The notes beneath the pieces were generated by a model. The model saw only the letters and a list, made by a program, of their open reading frames with translations, did not search any database and was not told where the DNA came from. A stretch of 64,000 bases of DNA. Source: Candidatus Poribacteria bacterium. Its GTDB lineage: Bacteria > Poribacteria > WGA-4E > WGA-3G. The stretch covers positions 4,960,001 to 5,024,000 of the forward strand of contig OZ251518.1 in NCBI GenBank assembly GCA_965242965.1, written 5' to 3'. A program made the translations under genes and the position numbers. Of the stretch, positions 38,895-49,458 are shown piece by piece; positions within the stretch are counted from its first letter, which is position 1, and every line of letters begins with the position of its first letter.

Positions 38895-41800
38895 ATGAAG
38901 TTATACGAATTGAAACTGAAGAACCTCAACAGTTTCCGCGAAGAGATTACACTTGATTTTGAAAACGGGTCGTTGGCAGGAACTTCACTCGTAGCGATTA
39001 CGGGGCCAACGGGATCCGGGAAGACGACGCTGTTCGATGCAATCTGCGTCGCGCTCTACGGCAAAACGCCGCGCTTATCAGGGGATGGCGAGGCAAAGGC
39101 CCTCCTCAGTCTAGGGGAAACCGAAGGGTCTGCCGAGGTGATTTTTGAGACAAACGGTATCCGGTACCGCGCCAAGTGGTCCGTAAAACAGGGTGACTCA
39201 CCAAGTGGGTGGTTAACCAACGTTGATACCGGCGCGGTAATCACCGAAAGGTTATCCCGTCGTGGTAAACGCGTCGGTGCTAGCGAGAATACGGTGAGCG
39301 AAGAGATCGAGTCTGTCTTGGGGCTTGATTTTGATGCGTTCAGGCGTTCGGTTATGCTGGCGCAAGGAGATTTTACAGCGTTTTTGAAGGCCGGAAATAA
39401 AAAGCGGCTGGAGATTTTGGAGACAGTCGCAGATACCGGTATTTACAACGACTTAGCAGAAGCGTTAAGGGAAAGGGTGCAGGCCGTTAACGCTGTCTAC
39501 GATGAGGCTCAGAGGCAACTCCCTAACGTTCCCATGCCCTCTGATGAGGAAATCGCGGCGGCAGTATTGACGTTGTCTCAGTTGCAGGAACAGGCGAAAT
39601 TACGCGCTGATGAAAGGATGCAGTGGATACTCATAAAAGAGGCAGCAACCGGGCGGAGAACTGCGTTTGCAAATCTCCGATGTTCAGCAACTGACGTGAG
39701 CAAAGCCGAGACTGCGCTTAACGAGGCGCAAAAGCATTGCGATGAACGGCACTCCTGTTTTGTTAGCATTGACGAGGACTACCAGAAAGCCGTAATTGAA
39801 CATCAGGAAAAAAGGGATGCGCACATCTCGGCGATATCTGATGTGCAACAGGCGCAATCTCGGTTTGCGCTGGCGGATAACCTCATTCCTGGTCTGCAAG
39901 AATTGGATGAACAAATTCAGGGCTTGTCCAACCAGTTAACTGAAGATGAGTCTTGCCAACAGAAATTGGAGGGACAGATTCAAGCCGCAGTGAAGTTCAT
40001 TGCTGAAAATCCGCTTCCGGCAGACCGGCAACCTAGGTTTACGAGGGTAAACGGGCTCTTGGTGGAGCACAATGGCCAACAGCGTCGATTGGAAGATCTA
40101 TTGACGAGTCAGCGGGAATACGCATCCACAGTATCATCGTTGAAGGATGAAGTGGCGGAGTTATCCCAGGAACGCGAAAAACTCGTTGCGGAAAAGGCAG
40201 CAGCGGATGCCGCACTTGTCGACGCACGCAAAGCCTTAAAGACGCTGGAAGAGAAGGGTAACCTTGAAGAATGGCAAACCCGGAAAATCATCGCGCAGCA
40301 GGCGTTTCCAATCGCGCAAGATTACGAAACTGCTCATCGTCAATTAGCCGAGACAGAGGGCGAGGCGGCGAAATTAAAGGAACGCCTCACCGCGCTTGAT
40401 GCATCCCTTAAGGAAGTTGAGGGACAATTAGAGGTTCAGACGCAGCAATGCAAACACGCCGATGCGAAAGTCAGCCAATTGGAGGCAGAACAAGCATTGG
40501 CGGTTTTAGCAGCCCCTGTGAATCAGTTAAAGCACGAACTTGAGCCGGGCGAACCGTGTCGCGTATGTGGTGCGACAGAACATCCGCATGCCGATACCCT
40601 AGAACCTGCAGGCGAGGCACTGTTGAAAGCCGCCGAAGACGCATTGACTGCCGCGAGAGCCGACGCGCACTCTAAACGAGAGCAGCTGCACAGTTTGCAA
40701 ACGGACAAGGCTGCGGATGAGAAGGCGAAAAAGATTCTTACTGCACAACTTGGGGCATCCCTAGCGGAAGTAGAGAAACTGACGCGTGATGAGGAAATTC
40801 TTTCTGGGCAGTGGCAGGAGATTTATCCCGATATTGAGATTTCTTCTCAGGGGGCATCGCAACAAGTTCGTGACGCGGACGAGGCCATAGACGCTCTCCA
40901 AAAAGCCGAGACATTGCTTACGCAGGCAACGAACGATTGCAAAACTGCGTCGATCCAACTTGCTAGTTATGAAGAGCGGGTGAGAAGTAAACAGACGCAG
41001 TTGACAGACGCTGAACAGCAGTTGCAAGAGGCAAACGAAGCAATTGAAAATCAGAAGGTGGCCATCAAGGCCACTGAAACCCGTTTTTGGGAAACGATGT
41101 CGGATGCCTTCCACGATCTCACACTTGAGGAAGCTGTCTCTCAATTTGAGAAACGGATAGAGGAAGTTGAAAAGCGCGAGGATGAACTCCAGACGAAACG
41201 GAATCAGTTGATACCGCTGGCCTCGGATATCAGAGCAAACCGAGATAGTCTTGAAGGCGCGAAGGAACAGAGGAAATCGATCCACGCCAGCATTGAAGGC
41301 TACCAACGCGAAGGCAAGGACTTTTTGGCTGCCGCTAGTGAGAAAACTGGCGGATTGACAACCGAAAAGGAGATTGATGCCGCTATTGAAAGTTTGGACG
41401 CGGAACTCCAGGAATTGGGAAGTCAGCGTGCTAAAGCCGAGCAACTACTGCAGCGTAGCAAAACATTGCTCACACAGGCACAAACCATCTACGATCAGAG
41501 CGTTTCCTGCCTCAAGGAACATGCGGTGAACCTTGAAACTGCGCACGAGACTTATCTAAAGAAGTCACGCGATGCCGGGTTTGACGCGCCTGGATCCCAC
41601 GATAACGCGTTCCGTACGTGGATGCAAGAGGTAAGGGACGCGATCGATGCCTATACCCAGGAAACGCGCGCACTTGAGGTAGATATCGCCAATCTGCCTC
41701 AAATTGAGGAAACCCCGTTTGATTCATTGGAATCGAAACGGATTGCCGCGGAATTGGCAAAAATTGACGATGAAGCCCGGGAGGTGGAGCGAAACATCGG

Positions 41801-42404
41801 TGCGCAAGAACCGAGAATTGCGGCACTGAAAAAGGCACGTTCCGCGCACAAGGCACATGAGGATGAAATCCAGAAAGCCAAACGCGAAATGGAACGATGG
41901 AGCAGCTTGCAAAATGTCTTCCTCCACAATTCTAAGCGCGCCAGTACTAATGATTTGCGGAGTTTTGCTGCGGAAATTATGTTGCAGCAGGTAAGTCAGC
42001 TTGCCAATGCACAATTGAAATCCCTGACATCCGGTCGGTATCAACTCAAGGTCGAAAACATCGGCAAACTCTCGGTTATCGATCGGTGGAACGCGAACGA
42101 GGAACGTCCTGTTGAAACGCTCTCCGGCGGCGAATCCTTCCTCACTAGCCTTGCGTTGGCACTCGCGTTATCGGAGCTCAGCCGCGGCCGCGCGGAAATC
42201 GGAGCACTCTTTCTCGACGAAGGCTTCGGCACATTGGATGCCGAAACGCTGGATGTTGCCATCTCCGCATTGGAAGGACTACGCCTGCAGGGACGTAGCA
42301 TCTTCCTCATCAGCCATATTCAGGAACTGACGCGGCGGTTGCCTGTCAAAATCAACGTTCGGAAACGGGGGAACGGGAGTTCAACGGTTCGCGTTCAAGG
42401 TTAA
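38895..42404 (+). CDS. sbcC: SbcC SMC-family ATPase
   Basis: GPTGSGKT, central zinc hook CRVC, LSGGE, LFLDEGFG; long coiled coil. Confidence 0.95.
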   Translation: MKLYELKLKNLNSFREEITLDFENGSLAGTSLVAITGPTGSGKTTLFDAICVALYGKTPRLSGDGEAKALLSLGETEGSAEVIFETNGIRYRAKWSVKQGDSPSGWLTNVDTGAVITERLSRRGKRVGASENTVSEEIESVLGLDFDAFRRSVMLAQGDFTAFLKAGNKKRLEILETVADTGIYNDLAEALRERVQAVNAVYDEAQRQLPNVPMPSDEEIAAAVLTLSQLQEQAKLRADERMQWILIKEAATGRRTAFANLRCSATDVSKAETALNEAQKHCDERHSCFVSIDEDYQKAVIEHQEKRDAHISAISDVQQAQSRFALADNLIPGLQELDEQIQGLSNQLTEDESCQQKLEGQIQAAVKFIAENPLPADRQPRFTRVNGLLVEHNGQQRRLEDLLTSQREYASTVSSLKDEVAELSQEREKLVAEKAAADAALVDARKALKTLEEKGNLEEWQTRKIIAQQAFPIAQDYETAHRQLAETEGEAAKLKERLTALDASLKEVEGQLEVQTQQCKHADAKVSQLEAEQALAVLAAPVNQLKHELEPGEPCRVCGATEHPHADTLEPAGEALLKAAEDALTAARADAHSKREQLHSLQTDKAADEKAKKILTAQLGASLAEVEKLTRDEEILSGQWQEIYPDIEISSQGASQQVRDADEAIDALQKAETLLTQATNDCKTASIQLASYEERVRSKQTQLTDAEQQLQEANEAIENQKVAIKATETRFWETMSDAFHDLTLEEAVSQFEKRIEEVEKREDELQTKRNQLIPLASDIRANRDSLEGAKEQRKSIHASIEGYQREGKDFLAAASEKTGGLTTEKEIDAAIESLDAELQELGSQRAKAEQLLQRSKTLLTQAQTIYDQSVSCLKEHAVNLETAHETYLKKSRDAGFDAPGSHDNAFRTWMQEVRDAIDAYTQETRALEVDIANLPQIEETPFDSLESKRIAAELAKIDDEAREVERNIGAQEPRIAALKKARSAHKAHEDEIQKAKREMERWSSLQNVFLHNSKRASTNDLRSFAAEIMLQQVSQLANAQLKSLTSGRYQLKVENIGKLSVIDRWNANEERPVETLSGGESFLTSLALALALSELSRGRAEIGALFLDEGFGTLDAETLDVAISALEGLRLQGRSIFLISHIQELTRRLPVKINVRKRGNGSSTVRVQG

Positions 42405-42487
42405 CTGAGGAATGGGCGGCTATAGAATCCGCCCCTTACACAATATAAAAGGCGCGCTTGCAAAGCGCGCCTAAATGGAGGATTTAC

Positions 42488-43246
42488 ATGCAATTTGGCT
42501 TCATGTCATCCGTCTGTCCGCCGCTAACGCTGGCGGAACTCATTGACAAAGCGAAACACTATAACTATCAACACCTCGAACTCCGAGTGGAATGGGACCA
42601 CGGACACGGCGTTGAACTAGCCGCAACACCGGAACAACTACGCGAGGCAAAGGCGCGTTTTGCCGATAGCGGCATCGCGCTCTCCTGCATCGCAACCGGT
42701 TGCAGATTCGTCAGTGCGGATGCACAGGAACGCGCCGCGCAGGTGGAATTGCTTAAACGTTACATCGGGTTATCCAAAACGATGGGCGCGCAGAATATCC
42801 GTATCTTCGGAGATCCGGTGCCGAAAACACCGGTCGAAGTCGCAGAAACGCTTGATTGGGAGGCGGAAGGCATCCACGCTTGCGATGCACTCGCCGGCGA
42901 AGCAGGAGTCGCGCTCTGTTTGGAGACGCACGGCAATCTTATCGCCAGTTACGTTTCCGAGGTGTTGCACCGCGCCGAAGCGGAGCATACCTTTGTGAAT
43001 TGGCATGCGGCGCATCATGTCCGTCACGAGCAGTCGGTGGACGTGGCATATGCGCATCTGCGTGGGAAGATCCGGCACGCGCACGTCAACTTCGGCAGCG
43101 ATGGCCCAATGCCTGACACGGAGAGGGATTCTCTCACGCTCCTCGCGCAAGATGGATATACTGGATTCGTCTCTATAGAGGTGATTAACCCGCCGGATTC
43201 GGATGCGGTGTTGCAACGGCATGCGGAGCTATACAAGACGCTATAA
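42488..43246 (+). CDS. Sugar phosphate isomerase/epimerase (xylose isomerase-like TIM barrel)
   Basis: LELR, LETHG, HAHV, GYTGFVSIE; GGAGG RBS. Confidence 0.85.
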   Translation: MQFGFMSSVCPPLTLAELIDKAKHYNYQHLELRVEWDHGHGVELAATPEQLREAKARFADSGIALSCIATGCRFVSADAQERAAQVELLKRYIGLSKTMGAQNIRIFGDPVPKTPVEVAETLDWEAEGIHACDALAGEAGVALCLETHGNLIASYVSEVLHRAEAEHTFVNWHAAHHVRHEQSVDVAYAHLRGKIRHAHVNFGSDGPMPDTERDSLTLLAQDGYTGFVSIEVINPPDSDAVLQRHAELYKTL

Positions 43247-43266
43247 TATCCAAAATGCCTCAGGCC

Positions 43267-43552
43267 CGTAGCGCGGGGGCCTGTCCCCCGCGAACCCGTG
43301 AATCCCCGTTACCGTAGCGCGGGGGCCTGTCCCCCGCGATCGTTGTATAACGAGAGACATGTCAAATGCAGGGCATCGAGACCAGGAGGTCTCTCCTACC
43401 TCGCGATTGCAGCATGGCGCGGGACATGTCAAATGCAGGGCATCGAGACCGGGAGGTCTCTCCTACCTCGCGATTGCAGCATGGCGAGGGACAGGCCCTC
43501 GCCCTACGTGTGAACGTAGCGCGGGGGCCTGTCCCCCGCGATCGTTGTCCTA
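43267..43552. repeat. REP cluster with an internal ~67-bp tandem duplication
   Basis: ACATGTCAAATGCAGGGCATCGAGACC...GCAGCATGGCG twice, plus GTAGCGCGGGGGCCTGTCCCCCGCG copies. Confidence 0.9.
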
Positions 43553-43576
43553 CGTGAGGCGGGAAACAGTTCCCCC

Positions 43577-43906
43577 TCAAACGCTAAACGACTCGCCGCA
43601 GCCGCACGTGTTTTTAGCGTTCGGATTCGTAATCTTGAACCCGGAATCCATCAGCCCATCGTTATAGTCTAGCACCGAACCGGCGAGGTAGAGGGTGCTG
43701 CGCGGGTCGATGAACACTTTCAACCCGTGGAATTCAAACACCTTGTCGGTGCCTTTCGCTTCGCCAAATTCGAGGTTATATTGGAAGCCGGAGCATCCGC
43801 CGCCGACAACTTGCATCCGCAAGCCGAGTTCATCGGCAGGTGTCTCGCTATTGCTGCCGATTAATATCATCGCTTTTTGTGCCGCAGATTCTGTAACGGT
43901 AATCAT
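43577..43906 (-). CDS. A-type Fe-S carrier (IscA/ErpA/HesB)
   Basis: GGGCSGFQY and CGCGESF. Confidence 0.95.
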   Translation of the reverse strand: MITVTESAAQKAMILIGSNSETPADELGLRMQVVGGGCSGFQYNLEFGEAKGTDKVFEFHGLKVFIDPRSTLYLAGSVLDYNDGLMDSGFKITNPNAKNTCGCGESFSV

Positions 43907-44062
43907 AATCGTTTTTCTCCTATCACTAGGGTGTTTTGCCCGTTCAGGCTCCCCGAAGTCGCTAACATCCGAGGGTTGCGAGCCCGAATTTGCTTGTTCG
44001 GGCTCAGGCGAGCCCGAACTACAGATGGCCAGGATTGGGCAATCCCGAACCCTAAACCAACA

Positions 44063-44431
44063 TCATTTCTTACAAGCCAACGCATCGGCAATCGCTGTTT
44101 TGAGGACATCTTCCGCGTAGACAGCGTATCGGTGTTTATCTGAAGGTAGCCCACCTAACGCTTCGGATACCTCGTCCGCCGTGATTTTCTGGGCATCCGA
44201 AATCGGGAGCCCAATAATCATCTCGGTTAAGATGGAGCCGCTCGCAATCGCGGCTGGGCATCCGAATGCTCGGAATTTTGCCGCAACAATCAATTCATCT
44301 GCCAGGTTGAGCGTCAGTTTGAGCATCTCCCCCTTAGCAGCAGACCCGACGGTGGCAGTGCCATTTGCATTGGCGATGGTGCCGATGTTGCGCGGGTTTT
44401 CACAATGTTCTCTCACTAGGTGCGTCAACAT
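44063..44431 (-). CDS. IscU/NifU-N-like protein, degenerate
   Basis: HCENPRNIG, AKFRAFGCPAAIASGS, ALGGLP. Confidence 0.85.
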   Translation of the reverse strand: MLTHLVREHCENPRNIGTIANANGTATVGSAAKGEMLKLTLNLADELIVAAKFRAFGCPAAIASGSILTEMIIGLPISDAQKITADEVSEALGGLPSDKHRYAVYAEDVLKTAIADALACKK

Positions 44432-44469
44432 AGCGTTTCCTGTCCGTGCATCCTACAAATCATATTTTA

Positions 44470-44498
44470 ATTATACCCTATTCTACAATGAATGTCAA
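44470..44498 (-). promoter_or_regulatory. Consensus sigma70 promoter for the iscU-like/iscA-like genes
   Basis: TTGACA-17-TATAAT. Confidence 0.8.
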
Positions 44499-44507
44499 AT
44501 TTTAACT

Positions 44508-44665
44508 GAGGATGTTTCATATCTTGATGTCTTCCCGGTAGGAAGGACATCCTTGTCCCGATACGAAAAATCGAGAGTCCCGATACGAAAAATCGAGACC
44601 GGGAGGTCTCTCCTACGGTGTTGCATCGAGACCAGGAGGTCTCTCCTACCGGGGAAGCCATCGAG
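44508..44665. repeat. REP cluster with one TIR end (44508-44520)
   Basis: GAGGATGTTTCATATCTTGATGTCTTCCCGGTAG followed by REPs. Confidence 0.8.
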
Positions 44666-44749
44666 ACTAGACTGAATGCTCTGGAAAATTTGACAAATCC
44701 CAGGTCCTGTGGTATTTTAAGGCAGTATAATCCAATGGAGGAAAATTCC

Positions 44750-45451
44750 ATGATTCAGAAAATTCAATTCACGTGCGCTGTGACATGCATGCTGGTGCTA
44801 CTCGGCGCGCTCCCTAGTTTCGCCGTGGAACAGTTCAAAGTGTCCAAATACGGCAAAGGGATGCAGGTTTGGTTTGAAGCGGAGGCTTTTGACGAAAGGG
44901 ACTCCGACGATGTCTATCAACTCGGTAAAGCCGAAAAGGCGGTAGATCCGGCGGATGATGCCTACGGGGATATTATCACCAACGCGGGAGCCGGCAAGAA
45001 AGGCTGGATCCTCTATCGGTTTGACATCAGCCGAGCCGTTGGGAAAGCCGGGGACTGGCGGTTCATCGGAAGAGTCATTAATCCGAGCAACCATTCAGAC
45101 TGGCTGTGGGTGTTGGGCGACGATGGAGACAAAATTCCGGAGAATGAGCCCGTTTTTGTCCGCCCAGATCACATCATTTTTGAAGAAAACGTCCCGGCCT
45201 GGGAGTGGAAGCGGACCGGCGATTTCGGACAAGATGGCGGCACCATCAATGAATTGCAAGACGGCGAGAACGTCATGATGATCTGGACGCGGCAGAGTTC
45301 GCTTCAGGTGCAATACGACGTTTTCGTCTGGTCCAGCGATCTGGAGTATCAACCGACAGACGAGGATTATGAAAAAGCGGAGGACAAAACGCTGCCTGTC
45401 CAACCGGAAGGGTTGCTCACCACGACGTGGTGCCGGTTGAAACAGAACTAA
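44750..45451 (+). CDS. Secreted hypothetical protein with C-terminal LPVQPEGLLTTTWCRLK motif
   Basis: GGAGG RBS; signal peptide; WFEAEAF (CBM-like start). Confidence 0.8.
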   Translation: MIQKIQFTCAVTCMLVLLGALPSFAVEQFKVSKYGKGMQVWFEAEAFDERDSDDVYQLGKAEKAVDPADDAYGDIITNAGAGKKGWILYRFDISRAVGKAGDWRFIGRVINPSNHSDWLWVLGDDGDKIPENEPVFVRPDHIIFEENVPAWEWKRTGDFGQDGGTINELQDGENVMMIWTRQSSLQVQYDVFVWSSDLEYQPTDEDYEKAEDKTLPVQPEGLLTTTWCRLKQN

Positions 45452-45476
45452 AGTCTCTTCAAGCACCGGCTTTCAC

Positions 45477-45905
45477 CGTAGGGCGGGGGCCTGTCCCTCG
45501 TCAGGGTTATCGCGCGCGTTAGAGATCGCGGGGGAAACCCGCTCGGATGCGCGGATGGCATCCGAGGGCCCCCGCGCTACGGTAACGGGTCATCTTCTTC
45601 ACAGAACGGCCCCCCGGCTCGTAGGGCGAGGGCCTGTCCCTCGCCAGCGTCCGCGCATCCCAACGATCGCGGGGGACAGGCCCCCGCGCTACGGTAGGCG
45701 GACCATCTTCTTCACAGAACGCTCCCCCCTCATCGTAGGGCGGGGGCCTGTCCCTCGCCATGCTGGGTTAATCGGAAGATCGCGGGGGACAGGCCCCCGC
45801 GCTACGAGGAAAAAAAACGCTCCCCTCACCGTAGGGCGAGGGACAGGCCCTCGCCATGCCGCGGTCTACCGGAAGATCGCGGGGGACAGGCCCCCGCGCG
45901 ACGGT
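45477..45905. repeat. REP/REPIN cluster
   Basis: Alternating GTAGGGCG(A/G)GGGCCTGTCCCTCGCC and inverted GTAGCGCGGGGGCCTGTCCCCCGCG. Confidence 0.9.
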
Positions 45906-45916
45906 ACTGAGCACGG

Positions 45917-48900
45917 CTATTCCCGCCGTTTCACTTCCCCAAACGTCCGCAACTGCCGATTCGCCGCGGAGACGGGACCGCGCAAGAAACGCATTGATAA
46001 CAGCTGCGGCTTACCCGCAAACGAAACCTCCTCCAACTGATAGTAATACTCAACACCCGGCTTCGCAGACGTATTCGTGAACGTATACGTTTGACGCTCC
46101 CCTGTCGTGCCTGCACCGGCTATCAAAACAGAATTGACGAGCGTGAAACTGCCATCGCGGCGTTCACTACGGCGCAGATTGAAACCAGCGTTATCCACTT
46201 CCGACTCGGTTGCCCATGTCAAGACAACCGCACCTGCATCGGTGCGAGACACGGCGAAACGGGATAACTCCACCGGCAACGCGCCACCCGCACGCCAACC
46301 TGGCGTGCCCAAGTCTTTCGCATGTCCGTAGTAGAGTTGACCATCAATGGCCTTAATGTTCGCGGCGAGGACCCAACTGGCGCGCTTCTTCCCATCCAAC
46401 GCAACGCCGTTGTCATAACGCCGAATCAGCGAACTCCGCGCGCCTTCAACGTCACTCAGCGGCAATGCCCACGCCGGCGCATCGTCGGTGCGACGATTGC
46501 CATCGGTGTTCCCTACTTCATCTACTAACTCACCTTCCCTATCGGTGAGTTTCAGATAGAGCCCCTCAGTGCTCAGGAACGTATCGCGCGGCGTTTTCAC
46601 GCGCAGATTCTTCTGATGCAACTCAAATAGGTTGTAAATCCTGTCTGCCGGCAGATGCGCACGTGACGAAGCACGCGCCTCCCCCGCGACTATCAGCAAC
46701 GTTTGATTCGGCTGAAGCAGTTTTTCACCTAGCGTCAACGTCACAATCGGGCGGCCGATGAGGTCTGCCGAATCCACGTTCTGGATCTCCAACTTCCAAC
46801 GGTTGAGATTCAATACCTCAGTCTTGGACTTATTATACAACTCTATCCACTGCGGCAGCGTGCCACCTGCGGAATCCACCATGATTTCACTGATGGTGAC
46901 ACTCCCTTTCGGCGTGGCGACTGTCTCTTTCGCTGCGCCATTCGGATACCCCGGCGTGCCGGCAGTCGCCGCCGATTTGGAGACCTGCCTGTCATACCCG
47001 AGTCCTGTGAACGCTGCTTCTATCCACGCATCCTTGTGGTAACCCACAATATCCGCCTTGGCGCGCTGCCAGACTTTACCTGAGCCGAGGGCATCTTCAG
47101 TGTCACCGCCGGGTGCCTGCAGCACTTGCAATGGCCAGACGTATGTATCATATTTGCCTTCCTGCTCGCGGATGAACGCATCCGTGCCGCTGCCGCCGCC
47201 ACCGGCGACATCGACGAACGCCTCATTCTTACCCAGTTTCTCCTTCGCGTTCCGGAGAATCAATAGGAACTTCCCATCATCCGGCAATGTCAACCCCGAA
47301 TTGACGAGAGTCAGATGCGCCAACCCGCCGTTCTTTCCATCACTGGCAATGTCATCCCCAGCGGCGAGCCGGGTATCGTCCGGTGCGCTGTGGGTTATCA
47401 ACAGCAGGCCGTTGGCCGGCACACTCACATCCGGAAAGACGATGAGCGAGACATCTTTCTTCTCGCCATTCTGCACGACACTGAGCTCCCAGTCTTTTAA
47501 CGATACCGCGGTCCCGGTGACGTTGCGGAGCTCCAACCAATCATCGCTAGCATCTGCGCCGTTGCCGAATTCGTTGAAGATGAGCGGCGTTCGCGGCACC
47601 GTTGATGCAGCGAACTTCTCGTCAACTGTCTCCGGAATAAGTAGCGGCACACCGACGAAGATATCTTGCGTCAGCCCCGGCGACGGTGCCGGCTGCGCAC
47701 CTCCGCCTGTCTGACGCGCGGGCTGCGACACCGGGAAATCGAGACGAGACTGCCCTTCCGGTGCCCCCGGGTCTTCTTCACGAACCGGTGTTGTCGCCGC
47801 AGCAGCACCCGCACCATTCCGAATCTGCACACCCAGCGGCACCGTGATGCCCAGCTCTTCGTCCACAGTGATAGCCGTCGCGAAATCCTCCGCCTGCACC
47901 TCATAAGCGAAAGTGACGATGGTGGAATTCCCATCGCGCCGTTCTTTCCAATAAGCGCGCCGACGATTCGCCGCTGTCCTCTCGCCTAAATAGAACGTGA
48001 GAAACGGACGATTTTCCCGCGCCAAGTTCGCCGGAATATCAACCCCATCATCGTCAAACGTGACCTCAAAGCGGATCTCACTCCCCGGTGTCCATATCCC
48101 CGAAGGCGGCGGCACCAACGCAAACCGCTCAACTAGCGGTTCCTTCACATCGGCGACGGTGATAGTCAGCCACTGCGTTTTTTCCAACAGCCGTTCCTCC
48201 GCGCCACTCGTCGCCGTGACAGCCACGATATACACGTTGTCTCCCGCGGGACTGTTTCGTGCCGGGTCTATCATATTTTCAACAGCCTGATCTGCCGGAT
48301 TCTCAAAGTCAGGCACGGCTTTGAAACGCAGTTCGTCGGTATCTTCATCAATCTCAAACGCCTCTTTATCTGCCGTGTCACCGAGGGTGTAAGTGACAGT
48401 ATCGGGCTCATCCTCATCGGTGGGAGGCTCATCCTCAGCCGCATCGGTGGGAGGCTCATCCTCATCGGTAGCCTCAAGAGTCGTTACCAGCGTGGTGTTT
48501 TCGTTAACGGTGAACGTCGTCCGATGGGCTGTGAACGTGGGCGCGGCGTTGTTGGCAGTCATCGCGGTAACTGCGCCTGAAAAGCCACTGGTAAGCTGTT
48601 GTCCACCGTCTTCGTTTTCTGCCTGCACCCGGACTTGATAGTTGGAGCCCGCTGTCAACCCGGTAATCATGGCTGTCGTGTCAGTGCCGGTTTCAACATT
48701 CATGGTTTCCCATTCGGAGCTCTCCACTTCCCGATACTGAATATTGTGGCTCGTTGTCGGGGGAGGGGTGGTTAAGTTGTCGGCGGCATTCTTAGGAGCA
48801 TCACCTTTCATCCATGTTACTCTCAGTAGATTCGGTGTCTTCCATGGACCCAACACCTTCAGATGTTTGGGTATCCCCGGCGGCTCAGGATCGACAGCAT

Positions 48901-49378
48901 TCTCAACGTGGACCTTCCACGTTGCTTGATTAGATTTTTTCCGAACTCCCGTGCCGCTCGTCACCGTGATGGTAAAGACATATACGTTATCCCCTGCAGG
49001 ACTATTATTTCTCGGATCAACAGTGTCCGTGTGCTCCTTATCCACGGGCCTCTCGAAATCTGGGTTGAAGCCATCGGCTACGTGCAACGTCCAAGCAACA
49101 TCAGCAGCTATGTAGGTAATCTCAAAAAACTCAGAATCTGTCCCACTGAGGATAGGAGGAAGTTGAACTGAGTCTTGTGAATCTGCATCGGTTAGTAAGG
49201 GGGCCACATTTTCCCGGACCGACCACTCATTTTCCCTTATTGACAAGTCTGGGATCTGGATACTCGGCGGGCTGTTCTGGGCTTCTGCGCTTGGCACCCA
49301 GCAGGCAAAGCACGCGAGTAGCACTAACACGTGAATCGCGAGGCAGGGCGGTTTGCCGAGGCGTAATAATAATTTCAT
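45917..49378 (-). CDS. Large secreted protein: cadherin-like x2, FN3, lamin-tail-like domains x2
   Basis: Signal peptide; PDFE.P.D...GDNVY twice; ITGLTAGSNYQVRVQAEN; IFNE...DWLELRN and ISEIM...QWIELYN; LPVELSRF tail. Confidence 0.85.
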   Translation of the reverse strand: MKLLLRLGKPPCLAIHVLVLLACFACWVPSAEAQNSPPSIQIPDLSIRENEWSVRENVAPLLTDADSQDSVQLPPILSGTDSEFFEITYIAADVAWTLHVADGFNPDFERPVDKEHTDTVDPRNNSPAGDNVYVFTITVTSGTGVRKKSNQATWKVHVENAVDPEPPGIPKHLKVLGPWKTPNLLRVTWMKGDAPKNAADNLTTPPPTTSHNIQYREVESSEWETMNVETGTDTTAMITGLTAGSNYQVRVQAENEDGGQQLTSGFSGAVTAMTANNAAPTFTAHRTTFTVNENTTLVTTLEATDEDEPPTDAAEDEPPTDEDEPDTVTYTLGDTADKEAFEIDEDTDELRFKAVPDFENPADQAVENMIDPARNSPAGDNVYIVAVTATSGAEERLLEKTQWLTITVADVKEPLVERFALVPPPSGIWTPGSEIRFEVTFDDDGVDIPANLARENRPFLTFYLGERTAANRRRAYWKERRDGNSTIVTFAYEVQAEDFATAITVDEELGITVPLGVQIRNGAGAAAATTPVREEDPGAPEGQSRLDFPVSQPARQTGGGAQPAPSPGLTQDIFVGVPLLIPETVDEKFAASTVPRTPLIFNEFGNGADASDDWLELRNVTGTAVSLKDWELSVVQNGEKKDVSLIVFPDVSVPANGLLLITHSAPDDTRLAAGDDIASDGKNGGLAHLTLVNSGLTLPDDGKFLLILRNAKEKLGKNEAFVDVAGGGGSGTDAFIREQEGKYDTYVWPLQVLQAPGGDTEDALGSGKVWQRAKADIVGYHKDAWIEAAFTGLGYDRQVSKSAATAGTPGYPNGAAKETVATPKGSVTISEIMVDSAGGTLPQWIELYNKSKTEVLNLNRWKLEIQNVDSADLIGRPIVTLTLGEKLLQPNQTLLIVAGEARASSRAHLPADRIYNLFELHQKNLRVKTPRDTFLSTEGLYLKLTDREGELVDEVGNTDGNRRTDDAPAWALPLSDVEGARSSLIRRYDNGVALDGKKRASWVLAANIKAIDGQLYYGHAKDLGTPGWRAGGALPVELSRFAVSRTDAGAVVLTWATESEVDNAGFNLRRSERRDGSFTLVNSVLIAGAGTTGERQTYTFTNTSAKPGVEYYYQLEEVSFAGKPQLLSMRFLRGPVSAANRQLRTFGEVKRRE

Positions 49379-49458
49379 GAAACATTTCTCCTTTTGACTT
49401 CAGGGACTGACGCAGCCCCTGGCGGCGCGGTTTGCAATCGCGCTGTCATCGTCATTTT

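Noticed and set aside
40761-41444. Long antisense ORFs (also 25176-25988 and 27570-28328)
   Set aside because: They are shadow frames opposite well-supported genes.
23427-42404. A single defence island or prophage
   Set aside because: The R-M genes and sbcCD are interleaved with metabolic and transport genes, with no integrase, att sites or phage genes.
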